Under the pieces are notes generated by a model. It was not told the DNA's origin. It made no database searches and worked only from the letters and a program-made list of their open reading frames with translations. A program made the translations under genes and the position numbers. Of a stretch of DNA of 64,000 nucleotides, positions 1-13,550 are shown piece after piece. Position 1 is the stretch's first letter. Each line of letters opens with the position of its first letter. Origin of the DNA: the human T2T-CHM13v2.0 reference genome, Homo sapiens; assembly GCF_009914755.1 (NCBI RefSeq), contig NC_060942.1; one strand, 5' to 3'.

Positions 1-812
1 CTTAATCTGGAGCAAGATCAGAGCAATGATTTAGAAGAACAATCTGGTAGCAATGTTTTAGACTAATTAAAGTAGACAAGATAATAGAAAGAAGACCACT
101 GGGTTGTAGGCAGGTAGAGAGGGTGGAAGGCATGTATTAGTGATCCATTTGATCAAGAATAGTGTAGGGGCAGAAAAAAGGGAGAGGTACTGGGTAAGGT
201 GATGCACTGCATGGGAATAGGATTTAGCGATTTAGTGGAAATTGGGGCTGATAGAGGGGGAAAAACTTACACATACATATATTTAGGAGCAGGATAAAGA
301 AATGATATAGCAATGAGGGAAAGAAATTTTCTGCAATACAAGAGGTAGGTCCATTTGGGGAAGTCAGCAGCTTACATCTGTACTTACCCATCTCTGTTTA
401 GTGACATTGATGCCAGGACCTGGCAAATAGTTCTATCTTGGATAAACAGATGTCTAAAATGCTTTTATCTATGGTGTCAGAGATCAGGCTTTGGATAGAC
501 ATCAATAGTGGCACTCACCCACTTCCTTTTACCCCTATTCAAAACCCAGGAAGAAAGGGATCTAGACTTGGCATTGACATGCAACAGTGGCTCACGCAGT
601 GTGAAGCCATTAGAGAGTCATATTTGCCTTTTACCTCCCTCAGGATTAGGGCTAGAATTTTTGATGGTGTGAAAACACTTGCAAATTGTAAGCAACCAGT
701 AAATATTTGAATGAATAAATAGATTCTCAATTGAAGAGGCCTAAAAAGAGTGTCGAGTTTTTTTTTTCTTTACATTTATAAGTGGTATCAAGATAGCAGT
801 AACAAGTCTGCT

Positions 813-920
813 ATATTAAACAAATACTTACTGAGGATCTACTATGTTACAGGAACAGTCTCATAAGCTAGGAATGCCATATAAACAAGAAAGATCTAAT
901 TCTTGCCCTCATGGATATGG
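813..920 (-). mobile_element. L2 3'-end fragment (degenerate)
   Basis: caaatacttactgaggatctactatgttacagg...cttgccctcatgga resembles the reverse complement of the L2 3' terminus; boundaries approximate. Confidence 0.55.
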
Positions 921-1385
921 AACTGCATAGATACAACTTATTTTGCAAAGGCCTCAACTCTATAGAGCTGAAAGTTACAGATGAATGGACAAGGTAAAAA
1001 AAGATGAAGTAGGCCTGATAATTTCTGACTCTGATTAAGGCTTGAAAGTAGGAGACTAAAGTAATACTTGCAAGACTTCTTCAAGGTCTGGCCTAGTGCA
1101 CCTCAAAAGAAGCACCAATGAGACTTTGGACAGATGCCTTAGCCAGGAATATACAGAGTGCTACACTATAGGTTTAATGAGAGCAAACCACATGTCTTAT
1201 TTACTGTGGCTAGCACTTTGTAAATCCTCAGTTAATATTTCTGTTTGAATAAAATAATGAACATGCTTTTGTGTGAAAGGAGCAGTTAAAACATTTAAAA
1301 AAATAAAAATTAATAAAAGGTGGCATTTTTTAACCAAAGATTCAAATATTTTATATTTCCATGATAGTTAGAATAACAATGTGCA

Positions 1386-1703
1386 GGCTGGGTGTAGTGG
1401 CTCACTCCTGAAATCCCAGAACTTTTAGTGGCTGAGGCAGGAGGATTGCTTGAGCCCAGGAGTTTGAGACCAGCCTGGGCAACACAGTGAGGCCTCATCT
1501 CTACTAAAAGTAAAAAAAAATAGCTGGACATGGTGGTGTACATCTATAGTCCCAGCTACTTGGAAGGCTGAGGTGGAAGGATCAGTTGAACCCAGAGGTT
1601 GAGGCTGCAGTGAGCCATAATCAGTCCACTGTCCTGCACTCCAGCCTGGGTGACAGAGTGAGACCTTGTCTGAGAAATAACAAAACCCCAAAACCAAAAA
1701 AAC
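1386..1703 (+). mobile_element. AluJ, full-length dimer
   Basis: ggctgggtgtagtggctcac start; J-type ggaggattgcttgagcccaggagtttgagaccagcctgggcaac; A-rich linker and degenerate A tail. Confidence 0.92.
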
Positions 1704-4396
1704 CCAAGATGGTACTTAGGTAAGAATTGATATAAAGTTTAATGGTACAAAACAAACAATCCTCTGTGTGTGTGTATATATACACAAAAAAATTCATATA
1801 TACATATAGAAAATTATGAAATATATACATATTAAGAGAAACATCACATTACTTAATTCCTAAAATTATTAAGGGATACTTATCAAGTTATCACCTCATC
1901 TTATCACATGGACTGAAGAATTTTAAGATAAATTAAAAAGTCAGAGTGAAAAAAAAGAAACCATAAAATACAGAGAAAAAATGCAAGCGAATATATTAAC
2001 ATGCTTGTTCTTAATGGGTCATATTACCCCAGGCCTGTGAAACAGGCCTGACTTTCACAAATTACTTTTTACTATTTCAATTTTGCCTCTGGCTTATAAC
2101 ATTAGAAATAAGTGATCTGTAAGGTTATGACCACTAGAGGTGAAAAGCATAAAATACTCTAAGACGTCCAAAACATTAGATTCCTCTTGTCTAAGTTAGC
2201 CAAGAAATCTAAATCACTTGCAGTTGGGTTTTGAGAAACATATGGGCCATCAGACTTCCCCTGAAATAGAGTGAGCAAATTTAGAGCTTGACGGAGTCAA
2301 GTTCCTTTTGGCATAGGACTTTTTGTTGTTTTATTGAGAACTATTTTCACTACTTTTTCCCCTGAAAACTTCCTTAAAAATTCACTTGGAAAGAAATATG
2401 TTATTTATTGATTCAAAAAATACTTAGCTTCTACTGTGTTCAAAATTCTAAATTAGTTACTGGGGTTATGGAAATAAAATGTAGGTTAAAATATCTAAAA
2501 ATTCCTACCAAAAAGAATTTTGAAATCCAGGCAGGGTTTTTAATCTTTGAGACCCTGTCTAGATAATTGCTGCCATCTTCTCAGATAATCAGGGAAAGAA
2601 AGTAAACACAGCTTTCAAACCAGCCTTTCTTCTAGTACAGCTTTGGAAACAGCCTCATGATACCTTGAGTAGACAACTCAGACCTACTGAAACCCACAGC
2701 TATACATTTGTAAGTCCTCCCTTCTATGGAAAACCCTCTAAAGCTGTTCAGATCAACACTCTGCCCCACATTATGGTCTTTGTCCAACAGTCAAGGTCCT
2801 TTTTATGACAATGAAGAATATTTTGTTTAGTCTACAAATTTTGGGGTTATGATCTCAGCCCAACTTCTCAATTAACCTAGTTTTAATTATAAATGGAGAC
2901 AACAGTAATCATAAACTATTGGGTTTCAGCAATAGGTTTTTCCACTCTGTATACATCCTCTCCACCAACTGGCCAACTTCTCACTTACCTAATCTTTGTA
3001 GTCTTCCATTTTCCATTCTATATTCACTATCCATAAACAGCCAAATAAATGTTATAATTTATTAACTGGTATATCATCTCTGACTTTTCAAAAGAATAAA
3101 ATCTATATCCCAACAGGAGAGATGGTCAAACAAGGTTACAATGACTGTGCGTCAATGGAAAATAGGAGAACTGGAGAAACTGAAGATCGGGGAATTATTT
3201 TTTAGCAATATCTATCCTTGAAACTTTCTTTCCTCTTTTTTACCAAGGATGCTTACTTTTAAAATTCCTTACATTGAAATTCTACCTATCATTTTAATGG
3301 TGAAATTGACTATAGAAATAAGCATTGCATTTATAATAAAAAAGCTTTTGCATAATTACATGACCATATTCTGAGGAGAAGAATAGTGAGGTAGACTGGC
3401 TGAAGAGTAGATACATAAAGTTAAGAACTTAAATACTAATTTAAGTGTATAATGAGCTTTAGATTTTAAAGATAAGAGTTCAAAAACTCTTATATATACA
3501 CTTCTTAAGAAGAAAGAAAATTAGTAAATGACATTTATATTTCAAGGCATGTTAAAATTCTCTGAAGTGATTGCTAGTGTAACCAAACACTATTCACTGG
3601 GCAGTCGTTCTAATAACAGTATGGATTTTTCTTGTTATATCTAATCGAAGATTAAATTCAAGGGTAGTCATTTCCTGATGACATCAAGAAGTTTTTTCAT
3701 GAATATCCTAACGTACAGTAAATTAGTACAATAAATAATCATTTAATCTCCTCCTTAATATCTACTCTGGAATCTTCCCTAAACTGAACACAATGTCTTC
3801 TCCATCCATTTCTTTATAACTTTAGTTTACAAACCTGTAGAAAAAAAAAGAAGAAAGAAGTGGAGACAACAAAGAGGAATAGAAAAGAAGAAACAAAAAA
3901 AAAAACAACAGAAACACCACCTATGCGTGGTGTCCAAATCCTCTATGTGCATTCTTGCTTTCGTGTTTTAGTTCATTTCATTTTATTCTCTCACCTGCCA
4001 TTCTCATTCTTCCCCATTTAAAACCTTCCCTTCTCTTCAGAGTCCAGATCAAGACTGTCTTCTTCATGAAAATTTCTCAAACATATCAAAGTAATTTAAT
4101 GTTTAATCTAATATAAAATGATATCTTTATGTAAATACTTCTTCATGTTTAGTTCTATGAGTATATGATTAATATATGCCAAGTGATAGCTAACCTTGGG
4201 ACAAACTGTTGCAAAGTGGCAACCCCTACTCTGGTTGAACTTAATGGTTATCTTCATGTGTATTTGTCTTATTTTAGATTTCAAATTGCTGAGGGGTAGA
4301 ATTATCTTTAAGAACTTCCTTAATCACAGAAGATTATTGCTCAATACATAGATGAAACATAACAATCAATAAAATTCCCAATAGATTGTTTTATAA

Positions 4397-4620
4397 TGTC
4401 GATTAGCAAACTTTTATTGTCAAGAGTCAAAGAGTAAAGGTTTTCGGCTTTGTAGACCGCTTATTCTTGGTAACAACTAGTCAAATCTGCCATTGCAGCA
4501 TGAAAGCAATCATAAGTAATACATAAGTGAATTGGCATATGTGTGTTCTCATAAAACTTCATTTACTAAAAGAGGCAGCTGACCTGATTTGTTCCTTAAA
4601 CTGTCATTTGAAGACCCCTG
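4397..4620 (-). mobile_element. MER58A (hAT-Charlie MITE)
   Basis: gcaaactttt...caactagtcaaatctgccattgcagcatgaaagca...ataaaacttcatttac...gacccctg follows the reverse complement of MER58A, including the terminal repeat. Confidence 0.75.
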
Positions 4621-4629
4621 TGCTGGAAG

Positions 4630-4970
4630 ATCTTGTCTGAGGTTGGATTTCCTGGAAGCAGCCTGAGATAGGGATTAAGGTGCAAGAGCAAAACCTGTAA
4701 GGGAGGGAGGAAAGCAGGTTGGAGAAGAGGAAAGAGCAGAACAGGATGTGGTCTCAGGCAAAGGCTGGTCTTGCCTGACCCATTGTAGGGAGGCGAGTGC
4801 CTCTGGGGCAGAAGGTTGTTCCTTCATCAGGCAAAAGAATGGGATTCTGTGCCCAACTATCTCCATCAGTCAATTTTTTGCTCTAGGCTGGTGGAAGTGG
4901 AGTGTGGGGAGTCCTTAGTTTAAACGCCTCAACCAGAAGGTTCCTGTCAGCCAAGGGCAATTCTCTTTGG
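4630..4970 (-). mobile_element. ERVL LTR16-like LTR fragment
   Basis: ggttggatttcctggaagcagcctgagatagggatt...gggagggaggaaagcagg...gatgtggtctcagg is typical of antisense LTR16. Confidence 0.55.
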
Positions 4971-5063
4971 TAATTCTCAAGGGTAATTTACATTGTTGGT
5001 GAGTATAAATTAGTGTAATTGCATTGGAGGACAATTTGATTTTATTAGAACTATAATTTAGTA

Positions 5064-5230
5064 GTGGGGCATGGTGGTACACGCCTGTAGTCCCAGCTAA
5101 TCAGGAGGCTGAGGTGGGGGATCACTTGATCCTGGCATGTAAAGACTGCAGTGAGCTGTGATCATGTCACTACACTCCAGCCTGGGTGACAGAGTGAGAA
5201 CCTGGCCAAAAAAAAAAAAAAAAAAAAAAA
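5064..5230 (+). mobile_element. FRAM / AluJ right monomer with poly(A)
   Basis: gggcatggtggtacacgcctgtagtcccagcta...cactccagcctgggtgacagagtgaga followed by an A23 tail; no left monomer. Confidence 0.88.
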
Positions 5231-5689
5231 TTGAAAAAGGAATTTACTAATGCTTTCATCCCTGTGAAAGAACATATGTCCTGTGTCGTCTCAATGCCTC
5301 TTTCTCTCTACATGGCCTCCCCAGCAGTGTAACTGGACACCTTATCTGGAGATGCAGGGCTCTCACAGCCCACTAACAGAAACTTTCAGGCCTACTAGAA
5401 ATGTAGGCCCAGAACTAATGGGTTCAGTGTCACTTCTGCTACCTCATATCTAGTGAAATATGTACCAAGCCCAGCCCAGATTCAGTTTACAAGGTTGAGA
5501 GTCCACCTTCCTCCCAGCAGGCTGGAACCCTGGGCCCATCTTTGAAGACCGGGTAGTGAAAGTGACTTGTCAGTCTTCGTGTGATCTGATCTGATTACCT
5601 CTGCCTTTACCTCCACTTTGTCCAGTCCAGCACCACCACTGTGCTATGATGAGACAAGGTGATTTGAGGCGCAACCCTCATACTTGCAT

Positions 5690-5995
5690 GTTCTTCTGCT
5701 AGTGCTGATCTTCCCCAGACACCAGAAGGTTTAATCCTCACTTCATTCAGGCCATTGCTCAAAGCTCACCTAAAATAATGCCCACCCTTGTCACACTATT
5801 TCCACAACCTGCTTTATTTCTCTTCATAGTACATTTACTCACTTGATTTATGATCTGTTTGTTTATTGTCTCACCTCAAAGGGAATGTAAATGCCACAAG
5901 AGCAAGGAGTTTGACTATATTATTTTATTTATTGCTGCATCCTCAGTGTAGGATGCTTGGCACATTGTAGTTGCTCAATAAACATTTTTCAAAAA
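5690..5995 (+). mobile_element. L2a 3' end
   Basis: ctcacttcattcagg...ttattgtctc...gaatgtaaatgccac...cttggcacattgtagttgctcaataaacattt is the L2 terminal motif. Confidence 0.7.
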
Positions 5996-6321
5996 GAACA
6001 TACATTTGAAATTGTGCACAGTGTTTGATCCATAATAATCCCACTTCAAGTATTTATAATCAGAAAATAATAGAACAAGTTCATGTGTTAGCACAGATGC
6101 TAAGATCAGTGTTGTTTATAATGCATCTTTCATTTACAGTTAGAGTTTTTTAAATTTGTATCTTCAATGGTAAAGTAATCAGGAACTAAATAAATTATTA
6201 TCATCTCTGTTTATTGACATTAACAGATACATCTCCAAGATATGCTTTAGAATAGATAAGGACATCAAAAAGGAACAGATATTATACCTGTATATAATTT
6301 TACATGCATGTATGTATACAT

Positions 6322-6347
6322 ACACACACACACACACACACACACAC
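6322..6347. repeat. (AC)13 microsatellite
   Basis: read directly. Confidence 0.95.
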
Positions 6348-9300
6348 TCAAAAGAGAGAGAAATGCCTTGAAGAATGTTGAGCAAAATAATAATTAACTC
6401 TGTTTGATGGGTTTGGGTGATTTTTATTTTCTCTTTGTTTATTTACTTTATTGATTTGATTTTATTCAGAAATAAATAATATATATGCCATAAAATAGAA
6501 ATGATAAAAATTCACTTTAAAAAGTCCAATTTAACTTGTACTTTCTCTATGAAGCCTGTTGCATTTTAAATCACCTCCAAACAATTTAATAGTTGACTTT
6601 TTATTGTGTCATTTATGCTTTTTTGTTCCTTCTTTGTCAAAAATAAAGTCTTGTACTTCTAGATTATAACAGAAATACTTTGCTACAAATTAGAATTTCT
6701 CTGGGATTAAACAGTAAAGGCTTAAATATTTATCAGTGTAGTGAATAAAATTGACCACAAAAATTTATCAACCACCACATTTTTATTAAAGGAAGACCCA
6801 TGATCTACGTTATTTTTTTTTACACAGATCCAGATAGAGCTATAATTATGTGATGGCTTTCCAGAAACATTTTATTGAAAATGAAAAATTGACAGATAAA
6901 AAGTTATAAAGTTAGGAGACTCTATAAAGAAAACATGTATTTACCCAAAGCCTTTCCAAGCTTCTCTTTTCCCTTACCTTACAAACATGACTCCTTCTTT
7001 TCTCTTCCTACTTCAGTTCATTCATTTATGTTTTTGAGCTACTCTAGTCCATGGTGTCATGAATTCTCACCTTCATATGTTCTTAGATCATTATTTAATA
7101 CCCACTCCCACTTTGATGGTGCTGGACACTCAGAAGCATTTTTAAAAATAATTGTTGAATTCAGAACCATCTCTATATGTTCTTTCAGATTTCTGGATTG
7201 GCCAGTAGTACTGTCTATACTTACATCAGAACAGCTTTGCAATTTAGGTGTGGAAATGCCGTGTTTGAGACATGGGTGTATTTATTACACTTCCTCCAAA
7301 AAAAACTCACCTTTGTGTCCTAGAGCTACTCATGAAATATTCACAGCAATATCACAGTGTTATTATTTAAATTAAATAATATATTTGACACAGCACTCAA
7401 TACACAGGAAGCTCTCAATAAATGTTAAGCTCTGTGTTTAGCTCTCGCTCCTCCTCTAGACAGTGTATTTTATAAAGCATAACTGAAACATACTGAATTT
7501 TAATATAAATTATTGGCCCTGCTTTCACCAATTGTAACAAGAAATAGAACAAAGATCTTGGAAATTCTGTGACATAAACTGGTAAATATGAGAATTAGAT
7601 GGCTTATGGATATGAGCATACTTAGTTATATTTTACCTTCCAGGAACAATTCATGCTCAGATTTGATGGCTTTTCGGTCACCACAGTCAAGTTTCTGGGC
7701 ATCACTCAGCAGTGACAGACAATTCATCACATATAACAATAAATATGAACTTATAACTGGAAATCAGGATGAATGCTATCCCAAGCAACAGTGGTTGAAT
7801 TGGCAAATTACTCTTCACCATAAATACAGTAACCTTGGAAAGTTGTTGAGCAATAAAATGCAAGTCACAAAGACATCTGATATTTGAAAAAGATCCCTGA
7901 ATTAACAAGCAAAAAGGAATCATCAGTCTTTCTGATAAATGGGTAGAGATTAACCCTATTTGCTGGTTCATAGCAAATCATATAATGCCTATCTTCTACA
8001 CCAAAACGCTGCTCCCTACATGTCAGACTTTCTCTTTAAAACGCAGATTAATATTCACCCACCTTTTATAGCTACTCATAGTCTCATTCTTATTTCAGCT
8101 GTAATAACCACACCCTATTTTTGAATATGTCATATTTAAGGCCACTTTAAGAGGACTGCTGTGTATTAGAATTTAGAACATCTGTGTGAATTGCATTTAC
8201 AATTTATTTATTTATTTATGTTTTTTGGCAAATTTATTTACTCTCTGGTATATTTAACAGATTATATTAAAAATGCTAGGAAGTTTAGCCCAATATGAGG
8301 CAAAACAAAGATTATTAGCAACCATTTTTCTCTGGATTAATAACATCAAAAAACTATCAAATTTCATTTTTCATTTTCTTAGGTTGTGAAAATGATTATT
8401 ATTATCCAAAAGCCATATATCATAGTCAAAAATTATATCATACTGCCAGTAAATATAAATAGAATAAATATTAATTAAAAGTGTATCTATATATATATGC
8501 AAGATCATATATTTTAGACTCAATTCTCGTAAGTAAACACATGTATTGGCTTGAGAAAATACTTTCACTAGTGATTTATTTAAACATCCTCAAAACAGAG
8601 AAATCATGTCTTATGGTTTTTCTTTGCTATGTGAGCTTCCAAAACCTCAGCAAATGAGGTTATCTAATGTGTTTCAAAGGACTTTTAAAAAGAAACTAAC
8701 AAAATTAAAAATTAAAATAGATTTTTATATTTTTTTAGCGTTTTGGAAACATTTTCACTCTTCTTTGAATTGTTTGCCACAGAAATATCTGTAGCATTTA
8801 TTTGATAATTAGTTTCATATGCTATTTGGCATCTGCCATGTTGTCTCTAATCAAATAAAGTATTCTTTAACTTTTCTCTTTACAAAGGCAAGTACAGTTT
8901 ACTTTGTTGCAGTTGGTGGGAAAACAACCTTAAAGATTCTTAAATATCTTCATTAAACAGATGAGGTTTAAAGAGTTTAGTGACTTGTATAACATGTACA
9001 TTATAACAGTTCTAGAAAGAAAATAGATATTTAGCTTATTGACTAATGTTTTTTCCTGTTATTTCTTTGTTAATACATATATGAGTTGTGTGATTAGCTC
9101 TACTTATAGAGACCTCAACTTATATTCTGAGCAAAAGGCACTCAACCCAGGCATATATCACTTGCTCTTGACCAGAAACTTTGCCTCTTCCCTTTTTGCC
9201 TCTTTCAGCACTATTGGAATACATGAAACAGCACACACACACCAGACCATGATAATTTATTGCCATAAATTAACTTATTTATAAATTGGCCCTCCAGAAA

Positions 9301-9647
9301 TAGACTCTGGCACAATATACTTACCAATACCCAAGACATTTTTGTGAGCTCACAAATCTTAAGTTTACTTTGTTTCTATTGCTTTGTCATTGCTCAGTCT
9401 CTAAAGTTTTCTAAGTGGCAGAAAACAAGCATAGTCAAGGTAAAATAGTACACCAAGTTCATCATGGTCAATTCCAAGGAGAAAGAGGGTCATAGCAGAT
9501 AAGATCATCTCCAAATTTGTCATTTTCCATAGTACATAATGTCCTGACCATGGTAGACATTCAAATGTATTTGTTGAGTTGATTTCATTTATATATAAAA
9601 ATAGGATTGCTAGCAAACCATTGACCAAGTGGTTACATTTGTCCATT

Positions 9648-10028
9648 AGTTGCTCACTGACTCAGCTTGACCAAACTTTAGTTAGGCTTCTCTGCTCTCC
9701 GCAGGTCCCTAAACTTTGACTGGCCCTAAGTCTGAGCAAGCACTAAAACACAAAAGATCCCCTATTAACAGCTCTCTTTAAGAATCAGCTGACTACAGCT
9801 AAAAATACTTTCTGTGAGACCACCATGACCATGCTGTCGGTTCACCTCCACTTGCTTGCCAGTTTCTGCTTGAAGGCTCTTGCTAGCCCTGCTTGACCCT
9901 CCTTATAAAGAAAAGCCTTTTTATGTTTGATTTTGAAATGCTTGCAGATCCTAAGCTTGGAGCATTGTGATAGCCTTTTTGAATAAAGTTTCTCGTTAAC
10001 CTAAGTCTAGCTTTGTTTTCATTTGACA
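9648..10028 (+). mobile_element. MER31/MER67-like ERV1 solo LTR
   Basis: cttgaccaaactttagttaggcttc start motif, TATAAA near 9904, aataaa near 9982, ends ttttcatttgaca. Confidence 0.6.
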
Positions 10029-11669
10029 CCATTATCAGACATAGATCACAGAAGGAGGAATTTCCTTTACTCAGTCGCATATCATTCTTCTACAAAAGGA
10101 GAAATCTAATAGCATTATATTTTAAGTGTTAGCATTCACTATAAATTAAACAAACCTACATTTTTATTCTTAATTTGTTTGGCATGTTCAAGCAGTAGTG
10201 TTGGTGTTTGTGGGTTTGTAATAGAGAGTGATGAGGTATTCTGAACAGCTGTCAATAATGTCACACCGTTAACCATATACACAGTGACTAGAGGAAAAAA
10301 TAATCAGAATTCATATTTTATATCCACATTTTATTTTTGAACAGCAATAAGATAGGCTATCTCAGGAAATTCAGCATAACTGAAGTCAGTATAAATTCAG
10401 TCTGGTGTCTTAATACCATCTGAAATGCACTAAAGATAGCTGCTTCAGAACGATAAGGCTTGAAATATGGTTGCTGGCTTGAACTTAATGTATGAAGAAT
10501 AATAAAACCATTTCACAAAGAAAATAATGTAACATAAAGTGAGATAAGAAAAGAATATCAATGTGTCTAGCACTTAGACTCCACATGTCAGGACATTATT
10601 ATTAGAACAATTTACTATTATATCTTATTTAAATACCACATTATTTCCAATGTAGTTACCACCAGATATGATTTTCACTTTTATACTGACTCTATTCCAA
10701 GACTTCAAAAGACTTTAGAACTGTTTTATAGAGTTCTCTTCTTTGAGAATTAGAAAACGAGGCATGGAAAGGTTAGGCTGCTCAGGAGGCAGTGTTATAG
10801 ATTGGTAAAGGGCTCCACAGCCCTCCTTTCCCTTGCAAAAGAAGCCTCAGTTTCTTGGGGTTCACTCAATTGAGTCCTCATTTTAGTGAAATCTGATTCT
10901 ATTATACATGGTTTGGAGAAAGTAGTATATTCTAAAGGGTGGAGGACTTCACATGTTAACTATATTTTTATTACATTTTAAGAGAAAATATCCAAGGAAT
11001 ACACTGAAATCACTATAGATGTATTTCAACTTCTATAACTATAATTTTGGAAATTCAATCTTGGCACAAGGAAGTATAAACCATATTGTTTTGTTTTTAA
11101 TTGTATTAATTGAGGTATGATTTACAATAAATAAAATGCACGACTTTGGTATTAAAGGTTACAGACTTGTGACTCCCTCTCTTTTTCTCTCTCATCATAT
11201 GTATATTATATATATATATAATACATAATAAAATGTACAGTAGCATATAGTACATATATAAAATGTACAATGATATAATGCACAAAAACATGGAGACAGG
11301 AATACACAAATTATGTTAAGGATGCAAGGGAAAGTCAACTTGGATGGATCAGACAGGATAAGCAATTACTGAGAGATAAAACTGGAGGGAAAGCACAGGT
11401 CTGAAGAATGGAGTCTCTTAAAATCAGGTTAAGAAATTTGTATATTTTCTTGTGGCTTGTTAAGAGAAACTAATGATGGATTTTTGATATGCTCAAAAAC
11501 ATTTACACAAATTTAATGTATTGTTGATATTCTGAAAGGCTGAGTGTGTCAAAGCTGACGTTCACTACATTATTTTGAAGGGTATTTGTACGTAATTCCT
11601 TTATGAAATAATGAGAGTGAAAGAGAAGAATGGTAGAGTTGACTGAATCTCTGCTTTTGAGAAAGTCAG

Positions 11670-11820
11670 AAGGTTCAAGGACTCCACCACTCATCGGTTG
11701 AGTGGCTTTAGGGTAGTCACTAGCCTTCTCCAAGTCTCTGTTAACCTATCTGTAAATTAGAGGAAACAATACCTGTTTCATTACATTGTGATGAGCATTA
11801 AATGGGATAACATAAAGTTC
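11670..11820 (+). mobile_element. MIR
   Basis: core: gtggctttagggtagtcactagccttctccaagtctctg...atctgtaaatt...gtgatgagcattaaatgggataa. Confidence 0.7.
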
Positions 11821-12214
11821 TAAATTCATGGGAAAACTAACAAACTCTAAACAGGGAAGGAGAGGATGTTAGGGAACATTTAAAGAAGCAGTGAAATGAG
11901 AATTGGACTATGGAGGTGAGCAGACTTTTAATAATTGGGCTGTCCTTACTGCAGTGTGGCCCAGCATATCTTTTAAAAAGCTCTGGGATGCAGGAAGATC
12001 AGACTATCTCCTCTTCCCCTTTCCATTTCTATGACAAGGAGACCAGAAGAACTAAGACTGACTATCCCCCTCCACAGGCTTCAAGTTGCCTAATGTGAAA
12101 TTTCCTCTTCAAATGTGTCTCTTTGTCATAACTTAATCTCTCTAGGGTAAAAATATTTGACGTTTGAAAATACAAGAAAGTTATACACAATTTCCTCATT
12201 TTGGACATTGGTTT

Positions 12215-12655
12215 TATGGCAGCCCAGACTGGTGTCATTTCAAAGGCTTCCTCACTCACATGACTGGCATTAATGCTGGCTGTCATTTGGTACCTCAGCT
12301 GAAAATTTGACTGGAACATCTACATGTGGTTCATGCATGTGGCCTGGGCTCCGAGGAAACAGCTGGTTTCCATGAATAAAGCTCTGAGAGAAACAGATGG
12401 AAGCTGTATTGCCTTTAATAATCTAGCCTTGGAAGTCCCATAACATCATTTCTACAATAGTCATAGGACTTCCTAGATTCAAGAGGAAGGAAAGCTCTTC
12501 ATTTTTCTTTCTTTCTTTCTTTCTTTTTTAATATCTCCAGCACACAGCTTTGAGGAAAGCACTTCTTAATAGAAATGAGTCAATGCCACATTATTAGATG
12601 AGTGTACAAGATAAGAAAGCTTGTTGCAGACATCTTGGAAAATACAATCTGCCTC
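12215..12655 (-). mobile_element. MLT1-family (MaLR) LTR fragment
   Basis: cttcctcactcacatgactggca...ggaagctgtattgccttt...ctagccttggaagtccc...cagattcaagaggaagg pattern. Confidence 0.65.
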
Positions 12656-12889
12656 AGTTTGGCATGGTAAGTAATATTAGTGTATTTTCTCTGAGTGTAA
12701 AATATAAAATTCTTGGAACATTGTAAGAACCTAATACATATCAATCACCTTATATATTTAATACGCAATAAAGTAATCATTTGTGCATTGTGTACTCATA
12801 TTTGCTTATGTTTGATTCTAGTCTTGTATCATGTCTTGTATCACAGTGATTACACTCCATTTATTTTTTAAATTGCTTTTTTGTTATAT

Positions 12890-13550
12890 CATTTACACAT
12901 TGCTGTTATAATGTTGTATGTAAAACAACCACAAGACTTCAGTGACATATAATAAATGTATTGCTCAAATGTCTGGGGTTAGGAAAGAATTGGCTAGGCA
13001 CAGTGGCTGATCTTGGCTGGGTCTGCTCACATATTTGGCTATTGGCTGGCTGGTTTGTGAGGCAAATGCTGTGACTTGGCTCTGCTCCAGCTGTAGTGAT
13101 GTGCTGGTAAAGTGCTTTTCAATGAAAAAAAAAAAAAAAAAAAAGTGGTGAGAGTGGAAGCCCTGATTTGTAGCATTTGCTCATTTCTCTGGTTTCAAGG
13201 TACCAGTGGTTGAACAGCTGGCTCATGAAATTTGTGAATATTTAACAATGAAGTCGTGCAAGGCTATACAAATCAATTCAAGCACACTGCTATAAAATAC
13301 CTCTCCCTCCAGAAGACCAGCTCTAGCCTGCTGTCATGGTGATGGCAGAGGTACAAAAGGGAAAGCTCCAATACACAAGCCCATTTCAACCTTGGGTCAT
13401 GACTGCCACTTTTCCATTAGCCAAAGCAGGTCACGTAGTTGATCCACGTGTCAAGAGGTATGATGAGCTTCTCTTCTCACGAAGAGGGGGCCATGCGAAG
13501 TACAAATGGTAAAGGCTTTAGACACAGATTTCAACTCATCCTTGTAACCC
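12890..13550 (-). mobile_element. MLT1-family LTR interrupted by MER63A
   Basis: ctgatcttggctgggtctgctcacatatttgg...tcatggtgatggcagagg...ttccattagccaaagcaggtcacgt. Confidence 0.55.
13094..13292 (-). mobile_element. MER63A (hAT-Blackjack MITE)
   Basis: terminal repeats tagtgatgtgctggtaaa / agcacactgcta; internal gccctgatttgtagcatttgc and tgaatatttaacaat. Confidence 0.75.

Noticed and set aside
2030-2050. Hairpin caggcctgt-gaa-acaggcctg
   Set aside because: An isolated 9-bp stem is plausible by chance in 64 kb and has no supporting context.
2128-2146. CTCF-like tgaccactagaggtgaaaa
   Set aside because: The 5' half matches but the key GGC positions do not; not supportable without ChIP data.
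7588-7887. 99-aa ORF overlapping a strong acceptor (ttttaccttccag at 7643)
   Set aside because: No recognisable domain and no matching donor; cannot be told apart from chance.
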